The notes under the pieces are model-generated. The model worked only from the letters and a program-made list of their open reading frames with translations. It was not told the DNA's origin and did not search any database. The position numbers and the translations under genes were made by a program. From the IMG/VR virus record IMGVR_UViG_3300032223_001943, positions 1 to 64,000 of that record: a stretch of DNA of 64,000 nt, one strand, 5' to 3'. The stretch is from a virus. Positions 1-10,254 of the stretch are shown here, one piece after another. Numbering within the stretch: position 1 is the stretch's first letter; every line of letters begins with the position of its first letter.

Positions 1-232
1 AGGCAATTAGATGATAAGTTTAATTGTTTTAGCCATAATAATATAAAATCTAAAGTTAATATATTAATATTAAATAATTAATTTATAACTTTAGATAAAT
101 TTTATATAGTTTTGGTATTTAAAATAGATTGTTCAGGTAATACTCAAACAATTGTTCCTCCACACGCAACATATTCGAATGAAAATGGGGAGGATGTTAT
201 TCAATTAAACACTATTCAACTAGGCGGACAAA

Positions 233-643
233 ATGGATTATATACGTAATATCATAAAAAAAGTTTTGCAAGAGGAGTACTCTTCACGTTATATGTTTTT
301 TCAGAATATTGAACAAATCAAAAGACAATGTGAAATACTTCTTGAAATGAACGAAACTGAAATCACAAACATCCTAGAGGATGGACATGATTGGGCTCAA
401 GACCATATCGCCGAAGCAAAAAATAATATGGACCAAGTTTTTGACTTTATTATGAATGAAGTTAAAGGTGAAGATGTTATATTAGATGAAGCAAAAAAGA
501 AGAATACACCAACAAACAAACGTTTATGGGATAACGCCTTAAACTGGGCGAAATCACGTTATAAAGTTTGCCCTAGTGCGTACTGTAATGGTGGTGCTGT
601 TAAACGTTATAACTCCCAGGGGGGTAAATGGGTTAAAAAATAA
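233..643 (+). CDS. Hypothetical phage protein with a basic C-terminal domain (..YKVCPSAYCNG..GGKW)
   Basis: ORF track; acidic N-terminal half, short basic C-terminal domain after ILDE. Confidence 0.7.
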   Translation: MDYIRNIIKKVLQEEYSSRYMFFQNIEQIKRQCEILLEMNETEITNILEDGHDWAQDHIAEAKNNMDQVFDFIMNEVKGEDVILDEAKKKNTPTNKRLWDNALNWAKSRYKVCPSAYCNGGAVKRYNSQGGKWVKK

Positions 644-645
644 TT

Positions 646-1080
646 ATGAAAATCATTATCACCGAACAACAAAACGAATCCTTAACAAAAAAAATCAAAC
701 TGACAATTCAAAAAATTGGGGTTACTCAAGCGATTGATTTATTTGGAAAAGAATTAATTAAAAACGCTTACAGCGAAAACCCAGAATCCTATTTGGATAA
801 CTACAAGAAGTTGAAACGAATTGAAAACGACGAATATGTCGGATATTTTGATGACGACAACAATCTAATATTAATTTATCGTATTGAAGATGAAGAAGAT
901 GGAATCGGTCATTATCGACTAAACTACGATAGAATTTGGACATATTTTGAAAACGTTTTAGATTATGACGATAACGAAATTATTGAAATCTTGGAACATT
1001 ATGTTAGTACCAATCTAGGTATAACCGACCTACCAATCGATTACTTTAAGGAAGAATCATTCAGAAACCCATTTAATTAA
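646..1080 (+). CDS. Hypothetical protein, member 1 of a dispersed paralog family
   Basis: Shares the KI..I.K.G...A..LFG.ELIK.AY..NPESYL motif with ORFs at 23308, 23700 and 31756, more weakly 55157. Confidence 0.75.
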   Translation: MKIIITEQQNESLTKKIKLTIQKIGVTQAIDLFGKELIKNAYSENPESYLDNYKKLKRIENDEYVGYFDDDNNLILIYRIEDEEDGIGHYRLNYDRIWTYFENVLDYDDNEIIEILEHYVSTNLGITDLPIDYFKEESFRNPFN

Positions 1081-1166
1081 AAAATAACGGGGGTTGAATA
1101 AAAAAAATTAAAATTCATATACTCAATTAAACTTTTTTTATTAAATTTGGATATACAAAAACCCCA

Positions 1167-1592
1167 ATGGTCATGAAAAAATTCTTCAAACGTTTATTAA
1201 AACGATTATATGTTAAATGGGAATTAAATATGCGTTATAGAATGTTTAATCACCTAGAAGTTATGGACGACACAAAAAAAACAAGTCTATCCATATGTCG
1301 AAGATTAATTAACCACGATAACTCAAAATTCCTTATCGCTCCACTATCCGGAAAAAGATATATCAAAAATGAAGAAGCGGATCTCTTTATTATAATCTAT
1401 GATAATCACTTATCCATAACAAACCATGTATACCATTATGATGTTGTCTTAAATCAACGGGAAATCGATAAAATCAACCATATGTACGATAATAAGACCG
1501 AACATATTAGACAACAATTCGAAAATGAAATTATGGGACAAATACATAACTCCCTAAAATCAATTCATGAAAAACTTCTAAAGAAGCCTTAA
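1167..1592 (+). CDS. Hypothetical protein
   Basis: 141-aa ORF with phage-like composition. Confidence 0.7.
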   Translation: MVMKKFFKRLLKRLYVKWELNMRYRMFNHLEVMDDTKKTSLSICRRLINHDNSKFLIAPLSGKRYIKNEEADLFIIIYDNHLSITNHVYHYDVVLNQREIDKINHMYDNKTEHIRQQFENEIMGQIHNSLKSIHEKLLKKP

Positions 1593-1745
1593 TATTCGTT
1601 CAACCAATATATCAATATCCGATTCCTTCAATGACTTCTTATACGAAGTCATTTTTGGTTTATTACCAGTACCACTCAACCCATTCATCTATATTGATTT
1701 TATCCATATTCTTTTCTATAATTATAAATACAAACATTACCCAAA

Positions 1746-1985
1746 ATGGAAGATAAATTATACGGAAAATTATTCAACGCAATACCACTACACAATCAAG
1801 ACCATATCGATATAATACTAGATTCGTTAACAAAAGATACCTCAATACATGTTCTAATCCACGCAGTAAAATACGCACATGAAGCAAACATATTCACACT
1901 AGGCGAATCCGAAGTAATATCAAAAGCAATTAGAACTTTAACAAAAATAGAAATGGGGGTTGAACCATCAACCCAACAAGAATAA
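1746..1985 (+). CDS. Hypothetical protein
   Basis: 79-aa ORF. Confidence 0.65.
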   Translation: MEDKLYGKLFNAIPLHNQDHIDIILDSLTKDTSIHVLIHAVKYAHEANIFTLGESEVISKAIRTLTKIEMGVEPSTQQE

Positions 1986-2180
1986 TTATTGTAAATCGTT
2001 AACCAAATTTAATCTATACAACAAATTACCACAATCGTATATTTTAAGAGGCTTATAATTTTTAATCAAAAAATTCAATTAAATCCATATTTTTTTTATA
2101 ATATGTACTATTTATAAGTAACGAATGAATATTTCATTCTTTTATAAATGTAACAATAAAAAATTAAAAAAAAATAAATT

Positions 2181-2669
2181 ATGGCGGATTTATTAATGAA
2201 AATGCCTGTTCCGTATGAACCAAAACGTAATAACCGATTTATCCTTAGATTCCCTTCGGATTTAGGAATTAATGAATGGTTCGTAGAATCGGCAGCTAGA
2301 CCTCATATTACAATCGGTTCAACTGAAATTCAATTCCTAAACACATCAACTTATGTTGCTGGTCGTTTTACTTGGGGCGAAATTAACGTAACATTCCGTG
2401 ACCCAATCGGACCATCCGCTTCTCAAGCGTTAATGGAGTGGGTACGTTTATGTGCTGAATCAGTAACTGGTCGTATGGGTTATGCTGTAGGATATAAAAG
2501 AAATGTTGATCTAGAAATGTTAGATCCTACTGGTGTTGTAGTTGAAAAATGGATTCTTGAAGGGTCTTGGTTAAAAGACGTTAACTTTAATTCATTAGGT
2601 TATGGTGACGATAAGTTAGCAACAATCACAGCACAAATTAGAATGGATCGTTGTGTACTAGTTTACTAA
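2181..2669 (+). CDS. Tail tube protein (T4 gp19-like)
   Basis: EPKRNNRF, W..I.VTFRDPI, LDPTG.VVEKW.L.G.W motifs typical of myophage tail tube proteins; 162 aa. Confidence 0.85.
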   Translation: MADLLMKMPVPYEPKRNNRFILRFPSDLGINEWFVESAARPHITIGSTEIQFLNTSTYVAGRFTWGEINVTFRDPIGPSASQALMEWVRLCAESVTGRMGYAVGYKRNVDLEMLDPTGVVVEKWILEGSWLKDVNFNSLGYGDDKLATITAQIRMDRCVLVY

Positions 2670-2736
2670 TATAATTGGTTTATATATTAAAATCCATATC
2701 ACCCATTAATATGATGGGTTATATGGATTTTTTTGT

Positions 2737-4419
2737 TTAATCTTTTTGAATTAACAATTCATACTTATATAACCCACAATTCCAAATTTTACTAAAACCC
2801 AATTCTTTAGTTAACACACTTTCACTTTTACTGAAGTCAAGATGGGGGTATTTCTTCCTCATATTGTTTTTACCAAATACGAATTTGTGAAATCTTTTGT
2901 ATCTATTATATTTTGAAGAATAATAAAAATATTCTGGTTGTAATACTTTAACTAAACTAAAACCTAATTTAGTGTATAGATTATCATCCCCATCAATTGT
3001 CCATCTACGATCAGCAAAACTAATAATACTTTTTGGGGTGTATTCTTTAATGAATTTGGTGATCATTTTTGAGGCTAAACCGCTTATGATATATTTATGA
3101 TTTGTTGCAAATCTAGTTAATTCGAACTCCCCTTCATTGGTTTTAGTCATATTCCGTTTCCCATTGAAGGTCATGACACCAACTAATCCGCCCTTAAAAT
3201 AACCACCATAACATATACTTGATTTATCATTTCCTTGTATGTGGTATTGGTTCAAAAATTCTTTTTTTGTCTCGTTATCAATTAATTTTATATCAATTTG
3301 TCGACCACCAATTTTAATCCCGTCACCTTTACCTAATAAATGTTTTATTTTACATTTAGTAATTTCTTTATTTGTCATCCATTCATCCTCAAACACGTGA
3401 TAAAGTTTATAACCTAATTTATGACAATCGATTGTTTTATTTAAGTGATACGTTGAATTTTTCCCCATATCCTCAGTATGGAAATATAAACCATTATATT
3501 CGAAACATATTTTTAATTCTGGAATAATTATATCAATTTCTTTACCTTCCAATGATTTTCTATTTTTCCCTTTAACAGTGTCAAACCCTAATGATTCAAT
3601 ATATTCACGTAATTCAACTTCACCCTTAGAAGTCCAGGTTGGGGTTATTGTTTTATTTATCTCAATAATTTGTTTAGTTAATTTTTCAGATGTTTTTTCA
3701 GATACAATTCTTGAGTTTGGGTATCGTAATTTATATTCACTAATTGTCATATTATGTTGAAACAATAAATGAGTATTAGTTAAACCTACCATTTTCTCCC
3801 CACAAATTTCACAAACAACATGAGAATCTTCCGAATTTAATTTATTTTGTTTGTCATAAACTTGTTTATGAAGATGGATTTCAGTTGGGAATTCAACCAA
3901 ATACTCATAAATAGATTTACCATGTGTATTTTTAACATGTAGTTCAAAACAACCAGTATTATTTTCAATGTCGGTAGTTGTCCAATCACATAATGAACAT
4001 TTTCTAATATTTTTAGTTTCTAATTCAATGATTTCAAAATAGTGTTCATACCATTTTTTACCTGTTTGATTTTCGTATTTTTTTCTTTGGTAATTATTTT
4101 TAGGAATTTCAACTTCGGGTTGAGTTTGAATTATATGTCTAGTTATTTCGCCCGATAAATTATTTACGTCTTTAATAATTTTACCAGTTAATTTACATTT
4201 CAAACCATAACGTGTTGAATCATATTGTATTACTTTATTTTTAGATATGTCAACATCATTCTTAATTTGACCACCTTTTGATCTAATCGGAACATTATTC
4301 TCCTTTAATAGTGTACTAATTTTCTTATGGCCAACACTAAACATCTTTGCTAAAGCATGTGTACCCATACTTTTATTAGTGTATAGGTCAATAATTTCTA
4401 TTATTTTTTCTGATTCCAT
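2737..4419 (-). CDS. Putative free-standing homing endonuclease: Zn fingers + PD-(D/E)XK domain + C-terminal GNAT/Mom-like domain
   Basis: CxxC..H fingers; SKGE..L..EIDI.IPELKICFEYNGLYFH nuclease motif; C-terminal ELTRFA..SIISFADRRW..LY.KLGF; own TATATTTG promoter at about 4424-4431. Confidence 0.7.
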   Translation of the reverse strand: MESEKIIEIIDLYTNKSMGTHALAKMFSVGHKKISTLLKENNVPIRSKGGQIKNDVDISKNKVIQYDSTRYGLKCKLTGKIIKDVNNLSGEITRHIIQTQPEVEIPKNNYQRKKYENQTGKKWYEHYFEIIELETKNIRKCSLCDWTTTDIENNTGCFELHVKNTHGKSIYEYLVEFPTEIHLHKQVYDKQNKLNSEDSHVVCEICGEKMVGLTNTHLLFQHNMTISEYKLRYPNSRIVSEKTSEKLTKQIIEINKTITPTWTSKGEVELREYIESLGFDTVKGKNRKSLEGKEIDIIIPELKICFEYNGLYFHTEDMGKNSTYHLNKTIDCHKLGYKLYHVFEDEWMTNKEITKCKIKHLLGKGDGIKIGGRQIDIKLIDNETKKEFLNQYHIQGNDKSSICYGGYFKGGLVGVMTFNGKRNMTKTNEGEFELTRFATNHKYIISGLASKMITKFIKEYTPKSIISFADRRWTIDGDDNLYTKLGFSLVKVLQPEYFYYSSKYNRYKRFHKFVFGKNNMRKKYPHLDFSKSESVLTKELGFSKIWNCGLYKYELLIQKD

Positions 4420-4446
4420 ATAACAAATATAAACAAAAAAATCAAT

Positions 4447-4482
4447 AAGAAAAAAAAAAGGTCAGATTTCTCTGACCTTTTT
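4447..4482 (-). terminator. Intrinsic terminator after the major capsid gene
   Basis: AAAAAGGTCAGA-ttt-cTCTGACCTTTTT hairpin with A/T tails. Confidence 0.8.
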
Positions 4483-4502
4483 AAGTATAATTAAATAATC
4501 GA

Positions 4503-6290
4503 TTATCTCAATTCTTTAATATCAAATGTACGAACACCGTCAACAGTAATTTTCGCGTAAAATCTTGAGTTAACCATCTTTTTCGCGTACCTTGTCATTA
4601 TACCTTTAATTGGTGTAAAGTTAAATGGATTGTACATTGTTGGTGTTAATTGTAATGGAACATATGGAGCATAGATGTAACCAGTATCCAATAAAGATGT
4701 TCCTTTGTGTCCTAACAATACAGTGTTTGCTGGGAAGTAAGGATCACGGAATACTTGGTAACGACCAGCTAATGTTCCAACTCTTTCAATACCCATGTTG
4801 TATTGGTCTTGCTCTGGTGAAGCGTTAGATACGTGGAAGTATTCTAAATCATCAAAAATAGCAGATACTTCAGAAGAAACTACGATCCAGTTAGCACCAC
4901 CTCTTAAAGTAGATTTGTGGATTTGTGCTGACAATTGATTAATAGCTGTAATCAATGTTTGGTTCCAATCTTTTTGAGTATAAGAAGTAGTTAAACCATT
5001 AACTCTTCTCCATCCATTGTAATCCCATCTTAAAGACCAAGCAGCACCTTTACGTAAGTCACGTAAAATTTCACGGTCAATTTCTGCAGCAACTTGCTCA
5101 GACAATAACGCTGTTAATTCAGCTTCAGCATCGATATTATGGAATGCCGCAACGTCTTGAGCTAATTCTGGAGACCATTGAGCTCTTAATTTTCTTTCAG
5201 TAACAGAAACTGTAACAGAATCCAAATCAAAAGAAACTTCACCAATTTTATCTTCAAATTCTAAATCAGCATATCTTCTGTAAACAGCTGTAAATGCTGT
5301 AGCTGCAGTTAAACCATTGATTGTTGCACCTGTGTAACCATCTAAAGTATCGTTACCACACTCAGCACATACTGGACAAGATAAATCAACTTCTAAATAG
5401 ATACTTCCTTCAGCATCACATACATTGTTGTAAGAACCACCATTTCCTGTAGAAGGGAAAGAAGTTGACGCTTGACTACCATATTTTACGATACCTTTAC
5501 CATATTGTTGAGTTACTACTCTAAACAATAAAGATCCTGTTCCTAATGCACATGGTGTAGAAGCAACATTGATACCTGCACCAGCGATGATATGTAAATC
5601 AGATAAGAAAGCTTCAGTATCCATTTCATTACCATCTGGTCCGATTAATTTACCAGCACCAGAATTAGCGAAGTTACTTAATTTAACGATTAATTTACGT
5701 TGGTTAGTACCATTTAACGCAGTTCCAGTATAGTTTTCTAATTGACCATTATTCCAACGTTGTACGGTAGTACTAGAAGTGATTGCAGACCATTGTCCTT
5801 TAGAATAATCAAAAAGACCAGCTGGATCCATTCCTGGTTCAGAACCTTCGTAGAATAAATCATATAAGTTTTTAGCAAATCCTGCGGCACCATAACCATC
5901 ACCTACAGCTCCTCCAGCACCGATTGGTGAGAAGTGTTGGTTGTTTGTATCATAACCTTGAATTTTAGGTACGAAGTAGAACAATTTACCGATTGGTAAG
6001 TTCATAGCTTGTACAGAAACGATTTCGTTAGCTAACAATTTAGAGAAAACACGTCTTACGATTGGGAAAACAACAGTTTCAAAAGCTCCGTTAGAACCTT
6101 CTGAAGTTGCTTCGTTAATTAAGTAAGATGCTTGGTTTTCGTATAATTGTGCTACGTTTTCTTTTAAGTGACCTTTAAGACCGTCTAAGAATCCTAATTT
6201 GTCCCATTTGTTAATAGTATCTTCTTTGATAACTTTAAGGTGTTTTAATCCGATGTTACCAACAAGACCTGATTCTAATAATGCTCCCAT
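4503..6290 (-). CDS. Major capsid protein (T4 gp23-like)
   Basis: FPIVRRVF, VSVQAMNLP.G, RKLRAQWSPELAQD..AFH.IDAEAEL..LLSEQ.AAEIDREI, GYIYAPYVPL, GIMTRY motifs. Confidence 0.97.
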   Translation of the reverse strand: MGALLESGLVGNIGLKHLKVIKEDTINKWDKLGFLDGLKGHLKENVAQLYENQASYLINEATSEGSNGAFETVVFPIVRRVFSKLLANEIVSVQAMNLPIGKLFYFVPKIQGYDTNNQHFSPIGAGGAVGDGYGAAGFAKNLYDLFYEGSEPGMDPAGLFDYSKGQWSAITSSTTVQRWNNGQLENYTGTALNGTNQRKLIVKLSNFANSGAGKLIGPDGNEMDTEAFLSDLHIIAGAGINVASTPCALGTGSLLFRVVTQQYGKGIVKYGSQASTSFPSTGNGGSYNNVCDAEGSIYLEVDLSCPVCAECGNDTLDGYTGATINGLTAATAFTAVYRRYADLEFEDKIGEVSFDLDSVTVSVTERKLRAQWSPELAQDVAAFHNIDAEAELTALLSEQVAAEIDREILRDLRKGAAWSLRWDYNGWRRVNGLTTSYTQKDWNQTLITAINQLSAQIHKSTLRGGANWIVVSSEVSAIFDDLEYFHVSNASPEQDQYNMGIERVGTLAGRYQVFRDPYFPANTVLLGHKGTSLLDTGYIYAPYVPLQLTPTMYNPFNFTPIKGIMTRYAKKMVNSRFYAKITVDGVRTFDIKELR

Positions 6291-6320
6291 TTTATTTTTT
6301 ATTTGTTTTTAAGTTTATTT

Positions 6321-7700
6321 TTATTTAAGTTTACCCATAAGATCCTTCATTCTTAAGAATTGTGGATTTTCATAAGTTTTTGATTCAATTAAATTAGCTG
6401 CAGAACCTGTTGCTGGTGTGTTAGCAATAGCTCTCTCAACTGACTCATTAATTGAGGTTGTATTTGTTGAACCTTTCAATTCATCTTTAATTGCGTGATA
6501 CAAATTTTTAGATTCTTTTAATGTTTCAACATTATCAAATCTTTTTAAGATATTGATCTTTTCATGTTTAGTTGTAGTGTGTTCAGTGAACAAACGTGTA
6601 GCGTAAGCAAGATTTGAGTTAAATATCGCCACTTCATTTAATTTATCTCTAAATACATTAAGTGCTTTTCTATATTCCTCATTTTTCTCACGAAGAAGTG
6701 TTAATTCTTTTTCGTTTTGACCTTCTTCTAAAGCTGTGTTAAATTTAGAACCAGCTTTTGGTTTAGGAAGTCCTCCTTTTCTACCTACTCTACTACCAGC
6801 ACCTAAAGTTCTAGAACTTTCTTTTGTCTCAGTTTTCTTAACGGATTTTTTAACTGGTTTGAATTCACCATCTAGGTTTTCACCTTCTGAGTATTCAAAC
6901 TTAGCTTTTCCAGTTCCAACAGATTTTGGTGCTTCTTTCATCTTAGTTTTGAAACCTTGACCTTGATTTGGTTTTGATGAATATTTGAATTTATCCGCTT
7001 TACCCATTCCAACACCTTTAGCTTTGAATGATTCCATAACTTGGTCTAAGTCCAACTCTTCACCTTCATTATCGTCATCTTCAAACTCCTCATCGTCCAT
7101 TTCAATTTCATAAACGATTTCAGATTCATTTGCGTCTTCATTAGCGAATACTTTGTCTACGATACTTTTAACATCTTCGTCTGAATAATCTTCATCAGAT
7201 TCAAATTCCATAAGATCTTTATCGTCGTACATATCTTCTTCAGATTCACCAACAACCATATATTCTTTGTTAGTTTCGTTGTCTTTAATATTGATATTCC
7301 CAGACTCATCTTTTTTAACTACGATTTTATCGTTTGGACCAAGTAATTCAAACACTTTAAGAATATTGTCAGTGTCTTCTTCCCCCGTTAAGTCAATAAC
7401 TGGTTCTTCCATGTCCTCCATTTCGTCGTCCATATCAATATCCATGTCTTCCTCATCTTCCATGTCAAAATCACCTTCCATTTCGTCAGATTCATCCTCC
7501 ATTTCGTCTTCGTTGTCCATGTCAACATCCATTTCAATCTCATCTTCTTCATCTTGTTCAGTTAGAGATTCTTTTACTAGGTCTTTGATTTCTTGCTTCA
7601 TTGTAGATGCAAGTATTCCTTTTGCGTTCTCAGCAACCGTTTCTTCCAAATTCTTCATTTGGATTAGTGCTTCTTCTACCAAAGATTTTTCTTTACTCAT
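6321..7700 (-). CDS. Prohead core/scaffold protein (gp22-like)
   Basis: Highly acidic, coiled-coil; lies between the prohead protease and capsid genes. Confidence 0.75.
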   Translation of the reverse strand: MSKEKSLVEEALIQMKNLEETVAENAKGILASTMKQEIKDLVKESLTEQDEEDEIEMDVDMDNEDEMEDESDEMEGDFDMEDEEDMDIDMDDEMEDMEEPVIDLTGEEDTDNILKVFELLGPNDKIVVKKDESGNINIKDNETNKEYMVVGESEEDMYDDKDLMEFESDEDYSDEDVKSIVDKVFANEDANESEIVYEIEMDDEEFEDDDNEGEELDLDQVMESFKAKGVGMGKADKFKYSSKPNQGQGFKTKMKEAPKSVGTGKAKFEYSEGENLDGEFKPVKKSVKKTETKESSRTLGAGSRVGRKGGLPKPKAGSKFNTALEEGQNEKELTLLREKNEEYRKALNVFRDKLNEVAIFNSNLAYATRLFTEHTTTKHEKINILKRFDNVETLKESKNLYHAIKDELKGSTNTTSINESVERAIANTPATGSAANLIESKTYENPQFLRMKDLMGKLK

Positions 7701-7831
7701 TTTCTAAAATTTATTTTATTGATAAATATGTAGTAGTTTAGAAAAAGTCAGGAAATGAATAATTTATTTTATTATAAAATAAAAAAGGAGGGTAAAAACC
7801 CTCCTTATTGTTAATTAAATTATTTTATTGT

Positions 7832-8047
7832 TTACTCAATTACTTCATCAATTTTACTTTCTACAATGCCGGTGATTCTCCAGTCCATTGTATAATTTTC
7901 ATAAAGTTTAGTAACTTTTGTTTCAACATCGGTTGGTGAATAACCTAAAACCAATTTTTCTTCACGCATTTTTTTTACTTTACCTGATTCAGTGTCCAAT
8001 AAGTCTGAACAGATTTTCGCCACAAAATATTTTTCTCCTTGTTCCAT
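7832..8047 (-). CDS. Small hypothetical protein (DUF4494-like)
   Basis: YF.AKI...GKVKK.RE..LV...S.T.VE pattern recalled from the Bacteroidetes DUF4494 family. Confidence 0.55.
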   Translation of the reverse strand: MEQGEKYFVAKICSDLLDTESGKVKKMREEKLVLGYSPTDVETKVTKLYENYTMDWRITGIVESKIDEVIE

Positions 8048-8052
8048 AATAA

Positions 8053-8763
8053 TTATCTATTTCCCAAATAATGATTTAATTTTTTCATTAAGTCAAGGGA
8101 TTTGTTATCATTACTTAATCGATCTACTTGTTCTTCTTCAATATTTTCGTCAAATTTTTGCCTATCTTCTGGGTTAAGAAATAGATACGCACCAGGTGTT
8201 GATGGTGATGACACTAAATCAAAACAAATTAATTCGAAATCGTCTTGTACTTCATTTTGTTCCCCCACCTTTTTCAGTGAACCCACACCTCTAGATGATA
8301 TTCCTAGGGTTACACCTTGACGTAGGTAGTTTGCTGCCATATCACCTTTAGTTGACACGATACCTCTTTCATGGAATCCAGGACTCGTTAATAGTTTTAA
8401 TTTACCCATTAAGATATTCCCATCCCACCACACTTCCGTAATGATATGTGACACACGATCAAGATCAATTAAAGAAGATTCTGGGTGATTTAATTCGGAC
8501 AGTGAAATACCTTTTTCAATCATTTTTTTATAGTTATCCGCTTCACGTTTTAATATACGTTCAGGATATACTCTACCATTTCTATTTGGGGTATTATATT
8601 TTTGTAGAACCGCGTAAAACTCAAAAGGTTTTGAATGATCCATAGAATTTCTTGATTCCATGATATATTTGTTATCGTCACTAGTTGGGGATATGAACCC
8701 AGCGTCCTCCTCAATTAATATTCCTTTTCCTATTTCATTTGGTCTTAATATCTTTAAGCTCAT
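8053..8763 (-). CDS. Prohead protease (T4 gp21-like)
   Basis: NRNGRVYP, ELNHP, VSHII, GISSRGVGS, FDLVSSPS.PGA motifs. Confidence 0.95.
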   Translation of the reverse strand: MSLKILRPNEIGKGILIEEDAGFISPTSDDNKYIMESRNSMDHSKPFEFYAVLQKYNTPNRNGRVYPERILKREADNYKKMIEKGISLSELNHPESSLIDLDRVSHIITEVWWDGNILMGKLKLLTSPGFHERGIVSTKGDMAANYLRQGVTLGISSRGVGSLKKVGEQNEVQDDFELICFDLVSSPSTPGAYLFLNPEDRQKFDENIEEEQVDRLSNDNKSLDLMKKLNHYLGNR

Positions 8764-8895
8764 GTTTTTTTTATTAATAAATATTAAGCTAATTCCATTT
8801 GTTTAATTTCTTGTTTATTTTTGTTAAATGGGGGAAGGGGGGAGGGGATATTTATTTTGATACAAATTGTTTTTATGAGTTCTATGATATATCTA

Positions 8896-9299
8896 TTAAA
8901 TTGGAAGATTAATTTTCTTTAATAATTGGTTTGAAACATGAGTATATATTTCAGTAGTTTTAGATGATGAGTGACCGGCAATTTTTTGTATTATACGAAG
9001 ATCTGTCCCATTTTCTAATAAATTTGTAAAACATGAATGTTTTAATGTATGTATATGTCCGTTAGGATCTATATATTTTTTGAATATATTTTGACATGAT
9101 TTTGTTGAGATACCGAGGTAAAACTATAGTTATCTAAGTAAGATTGAAAATCATTTGAGTTACAATGTATTATTTGTTTATCATTTAAACTTTCTAGAAA
9201 ACATTTAATATGTGATAAATAATTTTTCCTAGTTAGTATTGAGTAGTTCAGATATATAAACTTTTCCTCACAAATCTTTATAATTTTTTGATTTTTCAT
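8896..9299 (-). pseudogene. Decayed tyrosine recombinase (integron-integrase/XerD-like) with internal deletion and frameshift
   Basis: 9299-9100 encodes a SAM-like N-terminus (YLNYS..T.KNYL). A different frame at 9078-8896 reads KYIDPNGHIHTLKHSCFTNLLENGTDLRIIQKIAGHSSSKTTEIYTHVS..LPI*, the box II H-x-L-R-H / GH / Y motif with R>K. The central box I region is absent. Confidence 0.9.
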
Positions 9300-9335
9300 T
9301 ATGTAACTTATTTATAATTAATGATTTACAAAAAG

Positions 9336-9366
9336 GTTCGTATATATAATAGTTATATTCAAGTTT
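9336..9366. other. Integrase-proximal recombination half-site (attI-like)
   Basis: GGTTCGTATATATAATA-GTTATATTCAAGTTT; the GTTATATT.. part is the inverted complement of AAACCTAAATATAAC at the far end of cassette 1. Confidence 0.6.
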
Positions 9367-9676
9367 ATTTTTGTTTTGATTTGTCTATATAATTTGATTT
9401 GTCTATATAATAGTTACTTACAACATTATAATAATCAGTATTTTTACCTACTGATAATCTACTAGGATTACTATTTGTTCCTGAATACTGCAAGGAATAT
9501 ATTTTATTAGGATTTGTATCATTCAGTAAAAAATAATTAGCTGTAGCCATATAAAGTGATATATCATATAAAGTTATATCAAATTCTATATTATCAACAT
9601 CTGGAAACATATAGTGTTCATTAACTTTTGGTTTATCACCCCAAAATACTTCATCAATTTTAAATAGCCAAATCAT
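9365..9676 (-). CDS. Cassette 1 ORF, hypothetical
   Basis: 103-aa ORF filling the unit between GTTATATT (9352) and AATATAAC (9723); stop codon abuts the inverted repeat. Confidence 0.65.
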   Translation of the reverse strand: MIWLFKIDEVFWGDKPKVNEHYMFPDVDNIEFDITLYDISLYMATANYFLLNDTNPNKIYSLQYSGTNSNPSRLSVGKNTDYYNVVSNYYIDKSNYIDKSKQK

Positions 9677-9716
9677 AATCTTCTTTTTTTTAATTGTAAA
9701 ACAAAAATAAACCTAA

Positions 9717-9770
9717 ATATAACAAATGATAAACAACATTAAAACGATTGTTTATCATCGGACGTTATGT
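9717..9770. repeat. attC-like hairpin, copy 1
   Basis: ATATAAC-aa-ATGATAAACAA-cattaaaacga-TTGTTTATCAT-cggac-GTTATGT; 50-bp core identical to 10203-10252. Confidence 0.9.
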
Positions 9771-9776
9771 ACAATA

Positions 9777-10166
9777 CTACGATAGTTCTTCGATTGAAGA
9801 TACTCTATCATGTGCTGAATGGTTATCCCCACATTTAGTACAAACACATCTATTCAAATCTTTGTATTCATCTTTTTTATCCCAATTAAGAATATACCCA
9901 ACAAGTGTAGTTGTATGTTGTTCACATCCACATTTAGGACAATATTTATGTTTTTTATGATACTCTTTCATAAACATATCATATTGTTTTGAACTTTCTT
10001 CCGTATGTTCACCTAAAATATATGGTGCTAATATATATCCTTGCTTCCCTTCTGCTATTTCTTCTGACGATAAATGTTTTATTATTGGTGCGTTTTCAAC
10101 ATTAATAACACCATAAAATTTACCATCTACCATTTTATTTGCGTAATTTGTTTTAATTTTTTTCAT
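9777..10166 (-). CDS. Cassette 2 ORF, Zn-ribbon protein (CPKC...CTKC)
   Basis: ORF between the two hairpins; likely ATG at 10166; stop codon abuts GTTATGTACA. Confidence 0.75.
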   Translation of the reverse strand: MKKIKTNYANKMVDGKFYGVINVENAPIIKHLSSEEIAEGKQGYILAPYILGEHTEESSKQYDMFMKEYHKKHKYCPKCGCEQHTTTLVGYILNWDKKDEYKDLNRCVCTKCGDNHSAHDRVSSIEELS

Positions 10167-10200
10167 ATTTTTAAATTTATCTGTTAATAATCCGTACTGT

Positions 10201-10254
10201 ACATAACAAATGATAAACAACATTAAAACGATTGTTTATCATCGGACGTTATAA
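10201..10254. repeat. attC-like hairpin, copy 2
   Basis: ACATAAC...GTTATAA with the same 50-bp core as copy 1. Confidence 0.9.

Noticed and set aside
6736-7707. Plus-strand Ser-rich ORFs (also 12052, 18899, 34181, 43154, 51248, 51818)
   Set aside because: Antisense shadows of well-supported minus-strand genes.
10008-10043. Capsid-like GYILAPYI motif in the cassette 2 protein
   Set aside because: Resembles GYIYAPYV of the major capsid protein but covers only about 8 residues, too short to claim homology.
9717-10254. CRISPR array
   Set aside because: Only two 50-bp repeats, separated by about 430 bp that contains a whole ORF; no cas genes in the window.
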